Shown: positions 46,602 to 56,790, counted from the first letter of the whole stretch. The stretch is 62,364 bases of DNA, filler included, from Candidatus Fermentibacterota bacterium (GCA_016928395.1; 5 parts of 5 records of this genome joined end to end with filler, not necessarily neighbours in it), one strand, 5' to 3'. The notes: generated from the letters alone by a model not told the origin. Numbers and translations are program-made.

Positions 46602-49568
46602 TTAGAACCGCAGCGTGGCGCCGATGGTCATGGTGCGCGGCGCACCGTAGTTGTTCGGGTCTTTGCAGTAGGCTCCCCAGTTCTCCAAGGCCCCCAGATA
46701 CTGCTCCTCAGTGGCATAGGCCTCCCTCAGCGGCGGTGTACCATTGTCGTCGGGCCGCCCGGTCCGCGGGTACACATCCGCCACGTTCTCGGTATCGAAG
46801 AGATTGCGGATATCCGCGAACAGGCCGAACTGCACACCCCCGAATCTGATGTTCCTATCTACGCGCAGATCGGTACGCGTGGTGGAGGGTAGTCGCCTCG
46901 ATCCGACAACGCCGGGATTGCCCCGGGAGTCGGTCGGAGTGTAGGGGGCCCCGCTAGCCACATTGAACTGCACGTTGGCGTTCAGGTCGGCCAAGGGTCT
47001 TTGGCCCAGGATTCTCGGGCCGAAATCCTGCGGGAGAAGGATGTTCAGATTGGTGCGAAACGTGTGAGTGATATCAAACTCCAGCGGGTACTCGCGACGA
47101 ACCAGGGGGGTCTCCGTGTTCTGAAACAGGTAGTAGAACTCCCGAGCCGAGCTGCCCGAGCCCTTGGCGTCAAGGTAGGAATAGCTTACCGTGCCAGACA
47201 GATTCTCCGAGGCGCGCTTGGTGAGGCTCATGTCCACACCCTTCACCACGGCGAAATCCTCAATGAGAAAGATGGTATAGTTCACCGGATTGTCCTGAAG
47301 GGTCGCGATGATCTCACGGGTCGCCAGGAGGTTCTCCACATCCTTGTAGTAGGCCGTCACCTCTCCCGCCACGTTGGGAATGAACGAATGCCGGATGCCG
47401 ACCTCGTAGGCCACGGTCTTCTGGGCCGGCAGGTCCGGGTTGCCTAAGAGGGGCAATCCTGAGGTGACGTCGGCATTGAGGCCCTGATAGAGCTCGCCCA
47501 ACTCGACCGGTTGGAAGAAATGCCCGTACGATGCGTACAGGATGCTCCGATCGCTCACCGCGAAGGAAAGGCCGACACGGGGGCTCCACTGGTGTTTGGC
47601 GTCAGCATCCTGGGTACCGTAGTCCAGATTCTCCATGTCGACGAAGTGCCTGGCCGCCGGGTTGAAGTAGTCCCACCTGATGCCGGCGTTGAGAGTCAGA
47701 TCCTCGTACTCGATCTTGTCCTGCAGGTAGGCGGCGGCATTTGTGGGCTTAAGCTCATAGTGATCGGTGTAGGGATTGTCATTGTAGAACTGGAGGTCCT
47801 TCAGTTCCAGCGTGCTCTTCCGCAGGAATGCACCGGTCTTGAGCTGGTTGTACCGACCGAGTTGGTGCACCACGGCGAAATCGGCCGAGTAGTGAGTCGT
47901 GTTCCGGTGATGCCACCATGGCGCGAAATCATAGTAGAAATGACGGAACTCATCTCTGTCGGCCCGATACCAGTCGTCGATGTCGCCCCGGTACAAGCCG
48001 CTGCGGTGGAGCGGATCCGCCTCGACTTCGGCCAGGTATGCGTCGGCGTCGAATGGTGTGTAGACGACTCGCGTCGGATTATCGGAGTCATCGTAGTCCC
48101 AGTGGCCAGTGTCAAACCAGCGCCGGTTCATAGCCTCGCGCTGATAGGCCAGACTCCCCCAGATCAGGTTGCCCTCCTCGTCCCTGGTCAGCCACGGGTT
48201 TCCGCTGCTGTCGCGCTGGCGCTCATAGTAGCGGATCCAGACTTCCTCTTCGGTGATCTGATTCCCGGTGCCGTCGTCACCGTACCACCGTTGGTTCTCT
48301 ATGTCATACCAGGCCCATCCCCCATCCTCGTAGCGAAGGGAGTCCAAGGCCTCGCCCACCCAGGGCAGCCCCCGGCCGATGACCTTGAAGTCAGTGTAAT
48401 GGGCGCCATCCTGAGCGGAGAACTTGGTGTAGGTGTTGAAATGGGCGACGTTCACCGTGTAAAAGGTGCTAGCCCCCACGGAATGCGTGAGCGTGGCGCC
48501 GAGCTGCGTGTTCCCGTTGTTCTGGAAGATTTGGTCTTTCATCCAGTTTCCCCGGGCGCGCTGATGGCTGTAGAAATGCTGCGTTGTCTCAGCGACATTG
48601 CCGGACAATACCAGCTTCATAGTCGGCGCCAGGGAGAGCCTGAGTTTGGCGGCGCCGCTGTTCTGGTGGCGGTCATTGTTGGGCTTCGGCAGGATGCCGG
48701 GGGCCCGGTTGTCCGTATTGCGCGAGGCCCCGGAGGCGAAGAACGACCCCTGCGTTCCAAACAGGGGGATCGGCCCGCCCAGGTTAAAGTTCACGTCGTT
48801 CGTACCGTAGTCATAGCGAGATCCGAGTATATCGTCGGTGTAGTACTCGACTCCGCCGTGGAGCCGATCGCCTCCCTCTTTGGTCACAATGTTGACGACG
48901 CCGGACATGGCTTCACCGTACTCGGCATTGAATCCCCCCGCCACCACCGTCATCTCCGCGATGGCATTGTTGTCGATGGTGATACCCCGAGTCATGGTGA
49001 CCGGATCGGTGGTGTTCACGCCGTCGACAACGAAGACGATTTCAGTTGAGCGCCCGCCTCGCACATGCATGCCGCCTGATCGTTGACCGCCTGTTTGTAC
49101 AACGCCCGCCTGATTCGCCATCACCTGAGTAAAGTCGGAGACGGGCATGGATTCGATGGCGGTGCCGTCGACTATCTTCGTGCTGGCCGTGATCCCCCGG
49201 TCTACCATGGGCCGCTCCACGGTGACCTCCACCACCTGGCCGGTCTCCAGGACCTGCTGGCCGAGCGTGAGATCTATATGGGTGGTGAGATCCGCCGAGA
49301 CCCACACGCCCTTCACCTCAAGGTCATAGTACCCCATCATGCTGGCGGCCAGCACGTACTCACCGACCGGCACGTTGATGATGAAGTAGTCACCTGCCTC
49401 GCCGGCCGCGGCCCCAAGCTGGGTTCCTCGTACCATCACATTGGCGTAGGGAAGCGGCTCGCCGGTATCGGCATCAAGCACCCTTCCCATGATCTTGCCT
49501 GTGGTGCCCGCATGCGCCGCCACAAGCAGGGCACCGCAGAGCATCAGCACAGAAGCCATTCTGATCAT
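46602..49568 (-). CDS. TonB-dependent receptor
   Basis: GTTGKIMG carboxypeptidase-like N-domain; plug motifs (VRGGR, GGFNAEYG.AMSGVVNIVTK); terminal Phe. Confidence 0.95.
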   Translation of the reverse strand: MIRMASVLMLCGALLVAAHAGTTGKIMGRVLDADTGEPLPYANVMVRGTQLGAAAGEAGDYFIINVPVGEYVLAASMMGYYDLEVKGVWVSADLTTHIDLTLGQQVLETGQVVEVTVERPMVDRGITASTKIVDGTAIESMPVSDFTQVMANQAGVVQTGGQRSGGMHVRGGRSTEIVFVVDGVNTTDPVTMTRGITIDNNAIAEMTVVAGGFNAEYGEAMSGVVNIVTKEGGDRLHGGVEYYTDDILGSRYDYGTNDVNFNLGGPIPLFGTQGSFFASGASRNTDNRAPGILPKPNNDRHQNSGAAKLRLSLAPTMKLVLSGNVAETTQHFYSHQRARGNWMKDQIFQNNGNTQLGATLTHSVGASTFYTVNVAHFNTYTKFSAQDGAHYTDFKVIGRGLPWVGEALDSLRYEDGGWAWYDIENQRWYGDDGTGNQITEEEVWIRYYERQRDSSGNPWLTRDEEGNLIWGSLAYQREAMNRRWFDTGHWDYDDSDNPTRVVYTPFDADAYLAEVEADPLHRSGLYRGDIDDWYRADRDEFRHFYYDFAPWWHHRNTTHYSADFAVVHQLGRYNQLKTGAFLRKSTLELKDLQFYNDNPYTDHYELKPTNAAAYLQDKIEYEDLTLNAGIRWDYFNPAARHFVDMENLDYGTQDADAKHQWSPRVGLSFAVSDRSILYASYGHFFQPVELGELYQGLNADVTSGLPLLGNPDLPAQKTVAYEVGIRHSFIPNVAGEVTAYYKDVENLLATREIIATLQDNPVNYTIFLIEDFAVVKGVDMSLTKRASENLSGTVSYSYLDAKGSGSSAREFYYLFQNTETPLVRREYPLEFDITHTFRTNLNILLPQDFGPRILGQRPLADLNANVQFNVASGAPYTPTDSRGNPGVVGSRRLPSTTRTDLRVDRNIRFGGVQFGLFADIRNLFDTENVADVYPRTGRPDDNGTPPLREAYATEEQYLGALENWGAYCKDPNNYGAPRTMTIGATLRF

Positions 49569-49906
49569 GTCCACACCTCCAGGTTGCACGTGTACCTATC
49601 CCACCGCAGGGGTGGCGCCTTGCCTGCAACGCAACGCGGGCAGCATCATCCGTCGTTGGCAAACGGGGATGCTGCCCGCGTGGTAGGGCAGAACTTCATC
49701 CAGCATACCGCGTGCCCGCCAGCACGCGGGAACCAGATCCGGCCGTATTCCTGCGTGAAAGACGAAGGATTCAGGGAAACGTCGGATTCAGAGCGAGATC
49801 CGCGGAGCGTTCGGTGAGAGAAACCATCTGTCCGGCACCGAACGCGATCGTCCATTTGTGGTCAAGGGCGGATAGGTATGGGGCAGGTGAAGGAGTGTGG
49901 AGTGAA

Positions 49907-49936
49907 GTAGGTCGTGGGGTCTGATCGCCCCACGAC
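49907..49936 (+). repeat. GTAG-REP-like hairpin (family 3)
   Basis: GTAG-GTCGTGGGG-tctgatcg-CCCCACGAC, preceded by GAGTGxG-like heptamers; single copy in the window. Confidence 0.5.
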
Positions 49937-49995
49937 GCACTCCTGTCTCTTCATCATCGTACGCAGCAGGTGGAGCCCTCACTGAGAACCGACGA

Positions 49996-50101
49996 CTAAG
50001 CTGTAACTTTCCGCCGCGGCACCGGAAGTTGCACCACGTATCGTCCGGGCTGGCCCGGGGCCCCCACTAAGCTGTAACTTCACTCCACGCGGCACCCATC
50101 A
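49996..50101 (+). repeat. 106-bp dispersed repeat at contig end
   Basis: 102/106 identical to 4193-4298. Confidence 0.85.
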
Positions 50102-50201
50102 NNNNNNNNNNNNNNNNNNNNNNNNNNNNNNNNNNNNNNNNNNNNTTAATTAATTAANNNNNNNNNNNNNNNNNNNNNNNNNNNNNNNNNNNNNNNNNNN
50201 N
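50102..50201. other. Artificial contig linker
   Basis: N-run with TTAATTAATTAA. Confidence 0.99.
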
Positions 50202-50377
50202 AGCTCGCCGCACAGCACCCCCGAGTAGGGCAGCAGGCACTCGTCCAGGGACGGGGCCCGCCGGCGGGGCGACATGGAGCGGACGTAGGCTACGATCCCC
50301 TGATAGGGAAACAGGCAGGATTCGTGAACAGACTTGGTAACCCAGTCCCTCTTCTTGGAACGGTTCCGATCCGCCAT
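50202..50377 (-). CDS. Hypothetical protein, 5' part only
   Basis: Strong AAGGAGGTG RBS; open to the contig edge. Confidence 0.6.
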
Positions 50378-50455
50378 GACACACCTCCTTGCAGCGGCCA
50401 ACCGGTCGCTGCTCTTGCCGGGCCAAGACCCGGCCCGCGACGAGCGCGGACGGGG

Positions 50456-50803
50456 CTATCGTCCGGCTTCGACGATCTGCGTGGAGACCACTTTCATCTC
50501 CTCCACGATCTTTTCCATCTTCCTGCGGTTGAGGATGTACTCGGCGCAGCGCTCGGCGTGTTCCTTGGACAGGGAGCGGGTCACCGTCTTCCCGTTCTCC
50601 TTCCTCGTCCAGATGTAGTAGGGGCCGTGCCGCAGCCGCGGATCGACTCTGCAGCCGCAGCCCGGTTTCCCGCAGGTGCGGTACAGCTGCATCACGCTGC
50701 CGCTGCACACGTACCCGATCTGGGCCAGTTCCCGCTGGAGCTGGGCATATCGGCCGGTCAGTTGTTCCTGCGACTCTCCGCGATCCCTCTCTCCCCGATC
50801 CAT
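50456..50803 (-). CDS. DUF6788-like protein (often linked to mobile elements)
   Basis: GSV....CGKPGC.C......HGPYY.W...GKTV. Confidence 0.85.
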   Translation of the reverse strand: MDRGERDRGESQEQLTGRYAQLQRELAQIGYVCSGSVMQLYRTCGKPGCGCRVDPRLRHGPYYIWTRKENGKTVTRSLSKEHAERCAEYILNRRKMEKIVEEMKVVSTQIVEAGR

Positions 50804-50848
50804 CCTCTGCAGCCCCCTCCTGTCGGAGCTTCCGAGAATTGCTCGCTG

Positions 50849-50886
50849 TCTTTAAGTAATATAAGCTTAAAGAAGCTGCCAGGCAA
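50849..50886 (-). promoter_or_regulatory. Sigma-70 promoter with overlapping inverted repeat
   Basis: TTGCCT-N17-TATATT; TCTTTAAG-N9-CTTAAAGA spans the -10. Confidence 0.55.
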
Positions 50887-51180
50887 GGGCGATCCGGGTC
50901 TCGCGGGCGAGCCTGTGGGCGGTCGCGGTCCGCCCGGGCCGCACTGGTGCGAATCGTACCCCGATAGATTGTGGCCGTCAGGGGCTCAAGAGGCTTGCGC
51001 CCTCGGCGACAGCATGGTAGAGTGTCGCGTAAGCACGCGATCCACGGTGTTCGCCTCTTGTGTGTGCGACCAGGAAACGACGGATCAGCAAGGTGACAAG
51101 GGGCGTGCCACAAGCGCCGCCTTACGACAATCCAGAATCTCGGTCATAGTGAGATACAACCAACATCAAGGAGATGCGGT

Positions 51181-52185
51181 ATGGTCAGAGTCGGGATCAT
51201 TGGAATGGGGATTCGGGGAAACCTGTATGCGTCGACGGTCAAGTACAACGCGTACGCCGAGGTCAAGGCGGTTGCAGAGGGTAACTCTGCCCGGCTCAAG
51301 GAAGCCACGGAGCAGCTCGGTGTGCCAGGTTACGCCGACTACAACAAGATGCTGGAGGAGAACGATTTCGACATGGTCGTCGTTGCGCTTCCCGACCATC
51401 TGCACAGAGAAGCCGTGCTCAAGACGGCCGCCAAGAAATGCCACCTGTTGATCGAGAAACCTCTCGCTACCTCCTACGAGGATGCCAAGGTCATGGTAGA
51501 GGGTATCCGGAAGGCGGGAGTCAAGGCGCTGGTCGGCTTCGAAAACCGCTGGAACCCGGTCATGCTCAGCGCGAAGGAAGCCATCGATGCGAACGAGTTG
51601 AAGGACGTACAGCTCATCCATGCCCGCCTGAACGACTCGATCATGGTGCCAACGAGGATGCTCGGCTGGGCTGCGGGATCGACGGTGGCATGGTTCCTTT
51701 TCCCTCATATCATCGATTTGTCGCTGTGGATGACCGGCAAGAAGGTCAGGTCGGTGCACGCCTTCGGCCAGAAGAATGTCCTTGCAGCGATGGGGGTCGA
51801 CACCTATGACTCCATCACGGCGGTTGTCGAGTTCGAGGATAACCTCGTGGGCACCTACAGCTCATCCTGGATCTATCCCGAAAGTCTTCCGCTGGTGTAC
51901 GATCTGCGCTTCGAGGTCCTGGGCACTGCGGGAGCAATTGCGGTGGACTGCAGGGACCAGATGATCCACAAAATGACCGATGTGTACACGCACCCCGGCA
52001 TCCTGGGGCGACCGATCTACGGCAAGCCTGTGGGGTTCGCCGCCGAAATGTTGAATTCCTTCATCGATAATGTCCGGCTGGACACCGAGCCCCTGGTAGA
52101 CCTCGACCAGGCTCTGTACGGCGTGAATGTCATCGACACGATTCACCGGTCGGTGATCAGCCGCAAGGTGGAAGAGGTGAGATAG
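51181..52185 (+). CDS. Gfo/Idh/MocA family oxidoreductase
   Basis: GIIGMG, PDHLH, IEKPLA. Confidence 0.93.
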   Translation: MVRVGIIGMGIRGNLYASTVKYNAYAEVKAVAEGNSARLKEATEQLGVPGYADYNKMLEENDFDMVVVALPDHLHREAVLKTAAKKCHLLIEKPLATSYEDAKVMVEGIRKAGVKALVGFENRWNPVMLSAKEAIDANELKDVQLIHARLNDSIMVPTRMLGWAAGSTVAWFLFPHIIDLSLWMTGKKVRSVHAFGQKNVLAAMGVDTYDSITAVVEFEDNLVGTYSSSWIYPESLPLVYDLRFEVLGTAGAIAVDCRDQMIHKMTDVYTHPGILGRPIYGKPVGFAAEMLNSFIDNVRLDTEPLVDLDQALYGVNVIDTIHRSVISRKVEEVR

Positions 52186-52268
52186 AAGCAAAAGGAGGTG
52201 GCATCGCAACCGAAGTGAATCTGGGATGGGTTTTGACGTTGAATAACTAGAACAAGGAGGATCAAGTA

Positions 52269-53882
52269 ATGGTTCTGAAATCGTCAACGTCCGCGAAACG
52301 TGTTTTGATCTTGGCCGCGGCTGTATTGCTGCTTGGCTCGCTGGCCTGGGCCGGCGGCCAGAAGGAAGCCGAAGCGGGTGAAATGCCTAGGAACGAGTCG
52401 ATCATCATCGGCGAGTCTCACAACTTCCGAGGGATGGATCCGGCTCAGTTGATCAGCAGCCAGGAAAGCTCGCTGTGCAACACGATCTACGAAGGGCTGA
52501 CCGCGTACAACAAGGACAATCCCGGCCAACCTCTGCCGGCTTTGGCGGAAAGCTGGGAAGTGAACGACGATGCGTCGGAGTGGGTCTTCAAGATCCGCAA
52601 GGGCGTGAAGTTCACCACTGGCAACGAGATGACTGCCGAGGACGTCGTCTATTCCCTGCAGCGAGGGATGGACATGGACGCCCCGACGTATCCCCCTCTG
52701 AAGAGGTTCATGAAGTCTTCGGATATCGAGTTGGTGGATGAATACACGGTCAAGATGACCCTGTACAAGGGGTTCGCAGGCTGGACCGACATGCTGTCCC
52801 TGACACACTGCGGGATCCTGGACAAGGACGTCCTCGAGGAGCACATCACCGCGGACGATCCCCAGGGTGTGGCCTTCCTGAACGACACGTCCATCGGCAC
52901 AGGCCCGATGTACCTCAAGGAGTGGAAGCGAAACGAGCGGGTCGTCCTGCAGAAGAATCCCACCTATTGGGGTATCCAGGCCGGCTTCCATCGGGCACCC
53001 AAGTACACCTACTTCATCGATCTCAATATTCCGGAGCCCGTAACGCAGCAGATGATGCTGTTGAATGGCGACATCGATTTTAGCAAGGAACTCCCAAAGG
53101 ACATCATCGACCAGATGCGGGACAAGCCTGCGGTCCGGGTGGACGAGTACAAGCGGTTCATCGCTTCCTCCTACCTGATGAACCTGCAGTATCCCCCGTT
53201 CAAGGACGTCAAGGTCCGCCAGGCGATCAAGTACGCCATTGACTACGATACGCTGTGCAACCAGGTCATGTCCGCCATCCGCATGGATCGGCCCATCATG
53301 AAGCCGGCGATCGGAACCGACGACGACCTGATCTACAGCTACGACCTCGAAAAGGCCAAGAAGCTCATGGCCGAGTCCTCCTACCCGGACGGCTTCGACG
53401 TCGTCCACTGTATCGGGACCGGCGTCGGGCTCGGTGCGGACTGGGAATCGATTGGGCTCAAGCTGCAGTCTGACCTCGCCAAGATCGGCATCCGCGTCAC
53501 GCTCGAGCAGTACGAGTGGTCGACCATGGACGAGAAGCTGCTCAACGGCAACTACCAGTCCCAGCAGAACTGGTTCGGCGTGTTCTACGGTGATACCGAA
53601 GGCCACCTGAGCATGTTCGGCAGGCCCTCGAGCCACCACGTGGTTATTACCGGCTGGAAGAACGACAAGATCGAAGAGCTCGCGGATCAGGCCATGACTG
53701 CGACCGACCCTGAGAAACGGTACCAGCTGTACCGTGAGCTCAGCGAAGAGTTCGCCGTCGACGGACCGGAAGCATTCATCGGGCAGGAAATTGGCCTGAA
53801 CGTGTTTGCCAAGGACGTGTTCGGTTTCGATGGCAATCCGAATGCCTTCGAGTTCGATTACGCTGTGCTCTACCGGAAGTAG
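52269..53882 (+). CDS. ABC transporter substrate-binding protein (family 5, Dpp/Opp)
   Basis: IYEGL, LAESWE, IRKGVKF..G...TAEDV, GTGP. Confidence 0.93.
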   Translation: MVLKSSTSAKRVLILAAAVLLLGSLAWAGGQKEAEAGEMPRNESIIIGESHNFRGMDPAQLISSQESSLCNTIYEGLTAYNKDNPGQPLPALAESWEVNDDASEWVFKIRKGVKFTTGNEMTAEDVVYSLQRGMDMDAPTYPPLKRFMKSSDIELVDEYTVKMTLYKGFAGWTDMLSLTHCGILDKDVLEEHITADDPQGVAFLNDTSIGTGPMYLKEWKRNERVVLQKNPTYWGIQAGFHRAPKYTYFIDLNIPEPVTQQMMLLNGDIDFSKELPKDIIDQMRDKPAVRVDEYKRFIASSYLMNLQYPPFKDVKVRQAIKYAIDYDTLCNQVMSAIRMDRPIMKPAIGTDDDLIYSYDLEKAKKLMAESSYPDGFDVVHCIGTGVGLGADWESIGLKLQSDLAKIGIRVTLEQYEWSTMDEKLLNGNYQSQQNWFGVFYGDTEGHLSMFGRPSSHHVVITGWKNDKIEELADQAMTATDPEKRYQLYRELSEEFAVDGPEAFIGQEIGLNVFAKDVFGFDGNPNAFEFDYAVLYRK

Positions 53883-53895
53883 GTAGTAGCCAATT

Positions 53896-53944
53896 GCCGT
53901 TCCCCGGGGGATCATCAGTATCCCCCGGGAGCGGCCTTTCTTTG
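53896..53944 (+). terminator. Stem-loop with U-rich tail after the binding-protein gene
   Basis: GCCGTTCCCCGGGGGAT...ATCCCCCGGGAGCGGC followed by CTTTCTTTG. Confidence 0.65.
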
Positions 53945-53957
53945 AGGCAGGGGTAGA

Positions 53958-54740
53958 ATGGGTTCACCGAATCTGTCGATGTTCGATCTTACCGGCAAGA
54001 CGGCGATCGTGACCGGAGCTTCTCAGGGACTGGGCGTGAGCTATGCCAGGGGGCTCGCAAAGGCCGGCTGCGACCTGGTCCTGGCGGCGAGAAGCCTCGA
54101 CAAGCTCGAGGAGGTAGCCAACGAGATCAGACAGTGGGGGCATCGCGCCTTGCCGGTCAAGATGGACGTGACCCGGGTGGAAGACATCCAGAGTGCGGTC
54201 GAGAAGGCGGTCAGCGAATTCGGCCACATCGATGTCCTGGTCAACAACGCCGGTATTTCCGCGGTTCACGAAGCCGAGGACATGAGCGAACGCGAATGGA
54301 ATGATGTGATCAGCACCAACCTGACCGGCGTTTTCCACTGCGCTCAGAGTGTCGGGAGGGTGATGATCGGGCAGAAGTACGGCAAGATCATCAACATCGC
54401 CTCGATGTATGCGTTCGTCGGGTCCAGCTATGTCCCGCAGGCCTCATACACGGCCAGCAAGTCTGCGGTGCTGGGGCTCACCAAGGAGCTTGCCGTCGAG
54501 TGGGGCCCAAAGGGCGTTCACGTCCTGGCGCTGGCGCCCGGTTTCTTCCGGTCTGATCAGACGATATGGGCTTTCGAGAACAACAAGGAGCTCGGAGAGA
54601 AGCTCCTCCACAAGGTGCCACTGGGAAGGATGGGCAGACTGGAAGAGCTCGAGGGGACAATCGTGTACCTTGCCTCGAGCGCCTCGGATTACCTGCACGG
54701 ACAGGCGCTGGTCCTCGACGGGGGCTTTCTCTCCTGGTAG
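53958..54740 (+). CDS. SDR oxidoreductase (gluconate 5-dehydrogenase-like)
   Basis: TGASQGLG, NNAG, YTASK. Confidence 0.93.
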   Translation: MGSPNLSMFDLTGKTAIVTGASQGLGVSYARGLAKAGCDLVLAARSLDKLEEVANEIRQWGHRALPVKMDVTRVEDIQSAVEKAVSEFGHIDVLVNNAGISAVHEAEDMSEREWNDVISTNLTGVFHCAQSVGRVMIGQKYGKIINIASMYAFVGSSYVPQASYTASKSAVLGLTKELAVEWGPKGVHVLALAPGFFRSDQTIWAFENNKELGEKLLHKVPLGRMGRLEELEGTIVYLASSASDYLHGQALVLDGGFLSW

Positions 54741-54780
54741 TCGAGGGGGCGACGGCGCGCAGTGAGTAGGGTTCTTCGAT

Positions 54781-55782
54781 ATGGCTAAATGGCTGATCCG
54801 ACGTTTTCTCTTACTGATATTCGTCTTGTGGGGTATCACGACCCTGACCTTTATCATCATCGCGGCGGTTCCGCGCAACCCCGCGATCGCCATGGCCGGC
54901 TCCCAGTCCAGCCCGGAGCAGATCGAGAAGTTCAACAAGCGTTGGGGCCTGGACAAGCCGCTGGCCGTCCGCTACTACGAATTCTATGCGTACCTGCTGC
55001 AGGGGGACATGGGAACGTCGATCCGCACGGAGAGACCGGTAGCGCTGGAGATGCGCAACTTCTTTCCTGCCACCTTTGAGCTGGCCACCGTCAGCGTGGT
55101 GCTCTCCTTCCTCATCGGCGTTCCTCTTGGCATCGTCGCAGCCCTCAAACGAAACAAGTGGCCCGATCAGGTCACTCGATTCGTTTCCCTGATCGGCGTC
55201 TCGACCCCGAACTTCTGGTTCGGGCTGATCATTCTTCTTGTTTTCTATTATCTGCTCGGCGGGGTCGGGCCGGGCAGGGTGACATCCGCGGCGTACGAGC
55301 CGACCAGGATCACGGGATTGTATCTGATCGACAGCCTCGTCACGGGCAACTGGTCCTCCTTCGTGGACTGTCTCAGGCACATCATCATGCCGGCTTTTGC
55401 CCTGGGTTTTTTCGGGATCGGGATCGTAACCCGCATGATGCGCTCGTCCATGATTGACACCCTCAGCAAGGACTACATCAAGGCGGCCCGCGCGCGCGGA
55501 CTCTCCCTCTTCCGGGTGATCACGAATCACGCGCTGCGGAACTCACTCATTCCGGTTCTGACCGTGATAGGGGTCCTCTATGGGGCCTATCTGGGGGGAG
55601 TGATCGTCATCGAGGTTGTTTTCTCCTGGCCGGGGTTGGGCAACTTCGCCTACAATTCCATCTTGAAGTCCGACCACCCGGCAATCATGGGGGTTGTCCT
55701 GGTCATCAGCATCATTTACAGCCTCGTGAATCTGGTCGTGGATGTTCTTTACAGGTACTTGGATCCGCGAATCAAGTTCTGA
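54781..55782 (+). CDS. ABC permease, DppB-like
   Basis: FPATFELA, DYIKAARARG, LDPRI. Confidence 0.93.
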   Translation: MAKWLIRRFLLLIFVLWGITTLTFIIIAAVPRNPAIAMAGSQSSPEQIEKFNKRWGLDKPLAVRYYEFYAYLLQGDMGTSIRTERPVALEMRNFFPATFELATVSVVLSFLIGVPLGIVAALKRNKWPDQVTRFVSLIGVSTPNFWFGLIILLVFYYLLGGVGPGRVTSAAYEPTRITGLYLIDSLVTGNWSSFVDCLRHIIMPAFALGFFGIGIVTRMMRSSMIDTLSKDYIKAARARGLSLFRVITNHALRNSLIPVLTVIGVLYGAYLGGVIVIEVVFSWPGLGNFAYNSILKSDHPAIMGVVLVISIIYSLVNLVVDVLYRYLDPRIKF

Positions 55783-55854
55783 TTGCCTGGACGGAGGTCC
55801 CGGCCGTCGGACCGCGCTCCAGGCAGATTGTCTTGGGATATGGGATAGAGGAAA

Positions 55855-56787
55855 ATGAAGGAGAATTGGCAGCTTCGAGGGCAGGAGCTCCGCAGGACCA
55901 TCCGGATTATCCTATCGACGCCGGCAGGGATTGTCGGGGCGGTCATCGTGGTCCTGTTGCTGGCGTGCGTTGTCTTTGCACCGTTCCTTGCACCGCATGA
56001 TCCTTATCTCGTCAGTATCGAAAACAAGCTCAGACCGCCGAGCTCCGAGCAGTGGCTGGGCACGGACACCGTGGGGCGTGACGTGCTCAGCAGGATCATC
56101 TACGGCTCGAGGTACTCGCTCGCCTCCGGGACGATCGTTGTCGGAATCGGGATCATCGTGGGCAGCATCGTGGGTCTGCTGGCAGCTTACCCGGGCGGTA
56201 GATGGGGTGAGTTGATCATGAGGTTCACCGATATCTTCCTGGCATTCCCGACGATGCTTCTCGCCATTGCACTGGCTTCCACCCTGGGGCCCAGCTTTCT
56301 GAACTCCATGATCGCGATTTCGATCGTTTATTGGCCCAAGTACGCCCGACTCGTCTATGGTCAGGCTCTGTCCATCCGGGAGAGGGACTACGTCAAGTTC
56401 GCCGAGGTGTTGAAGGAGAAACCCGTCAAGATCCGGATGGGGCACATCTTCCCGAACTGTTCGTCGGCGCTCGTTGTGCAGGCGACGCTTGATTTCGGTG
56501 ACGCCATTCTGTTCTTTGCGGCACTCAGTTTCGTCGGCCTGGGCGCCCAGCCGCCCGCCGCGGACTGGGGGGCCATGCTGGCATTCGCACGGAAGTACAT
56601 GATGTTGTCCTGGTGGACCGCAGTATTCCCTGGAATTGCCATCTTTGTGACGGTCATGGGATTCAACCTTCTCGGAGATTCCCTACGGGATGCCCTGGAC
56701 CCGCAGCTCAGGCGACTGAAGGAGTTCAAGCCGATCCGCTTCTCGTGGCTCGGCATTCCGGGACTGCGGAAGGCGATCGGGAAATAG
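55855..56787 (+). CDS. ABC permease, DppC-like
   Basis: LGTDTVGRDVLSRIIYG, LSFVGLG.QPP..DWG. Confidence 0.93.
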   Translation: MKENWQLRGQELRRTIRIILSTPAGIVGAVIVVLLLACVVFAPFLAPHDPYLVSIENKLRPPSSEQWLGTDTVGRDVLSRIIYGSRYSLASGTIVVGIGIIVGSIVGLLAAYPGGRWGELIMRFTDIFLAFPTMLLAIALASTLGPSFLNSMIAISIVYWPKYARLVYGQALSIRERDYVKFAEVLKEKPVKIRMGHIFPNCSSALVVQATLDFGDAILFFAALSFVGLGAQPPAADWGAMLAFARKYMMLSWWTAVFPGIAIFVTVMGFNLLGDSLRDALDPQLRRLKEFKPIRFSWLGIPGLRKAIGK

Positions 56788-56790
56788 CCG

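Noticed and set aside
49570-49990. Cobalamin riboswitch ahead of the TonB receptor
   Set aside because: No B12-box or conserved GCCACTG/GGGAAG elements found by eye.
50849-50873. AT-rich palindrome as a dif/Xer site
   Set aside because: Poor match to the 11-6-11 dif layout; better explained as an operator over a -10.
52284-53915. Long antisense ORFs (also 11756-12850, 42302-43561, 47511-49049, 56683-57942)
   Set aside because: Shadow frames of GC-rich genes that have clear motifs on the opposite strand.
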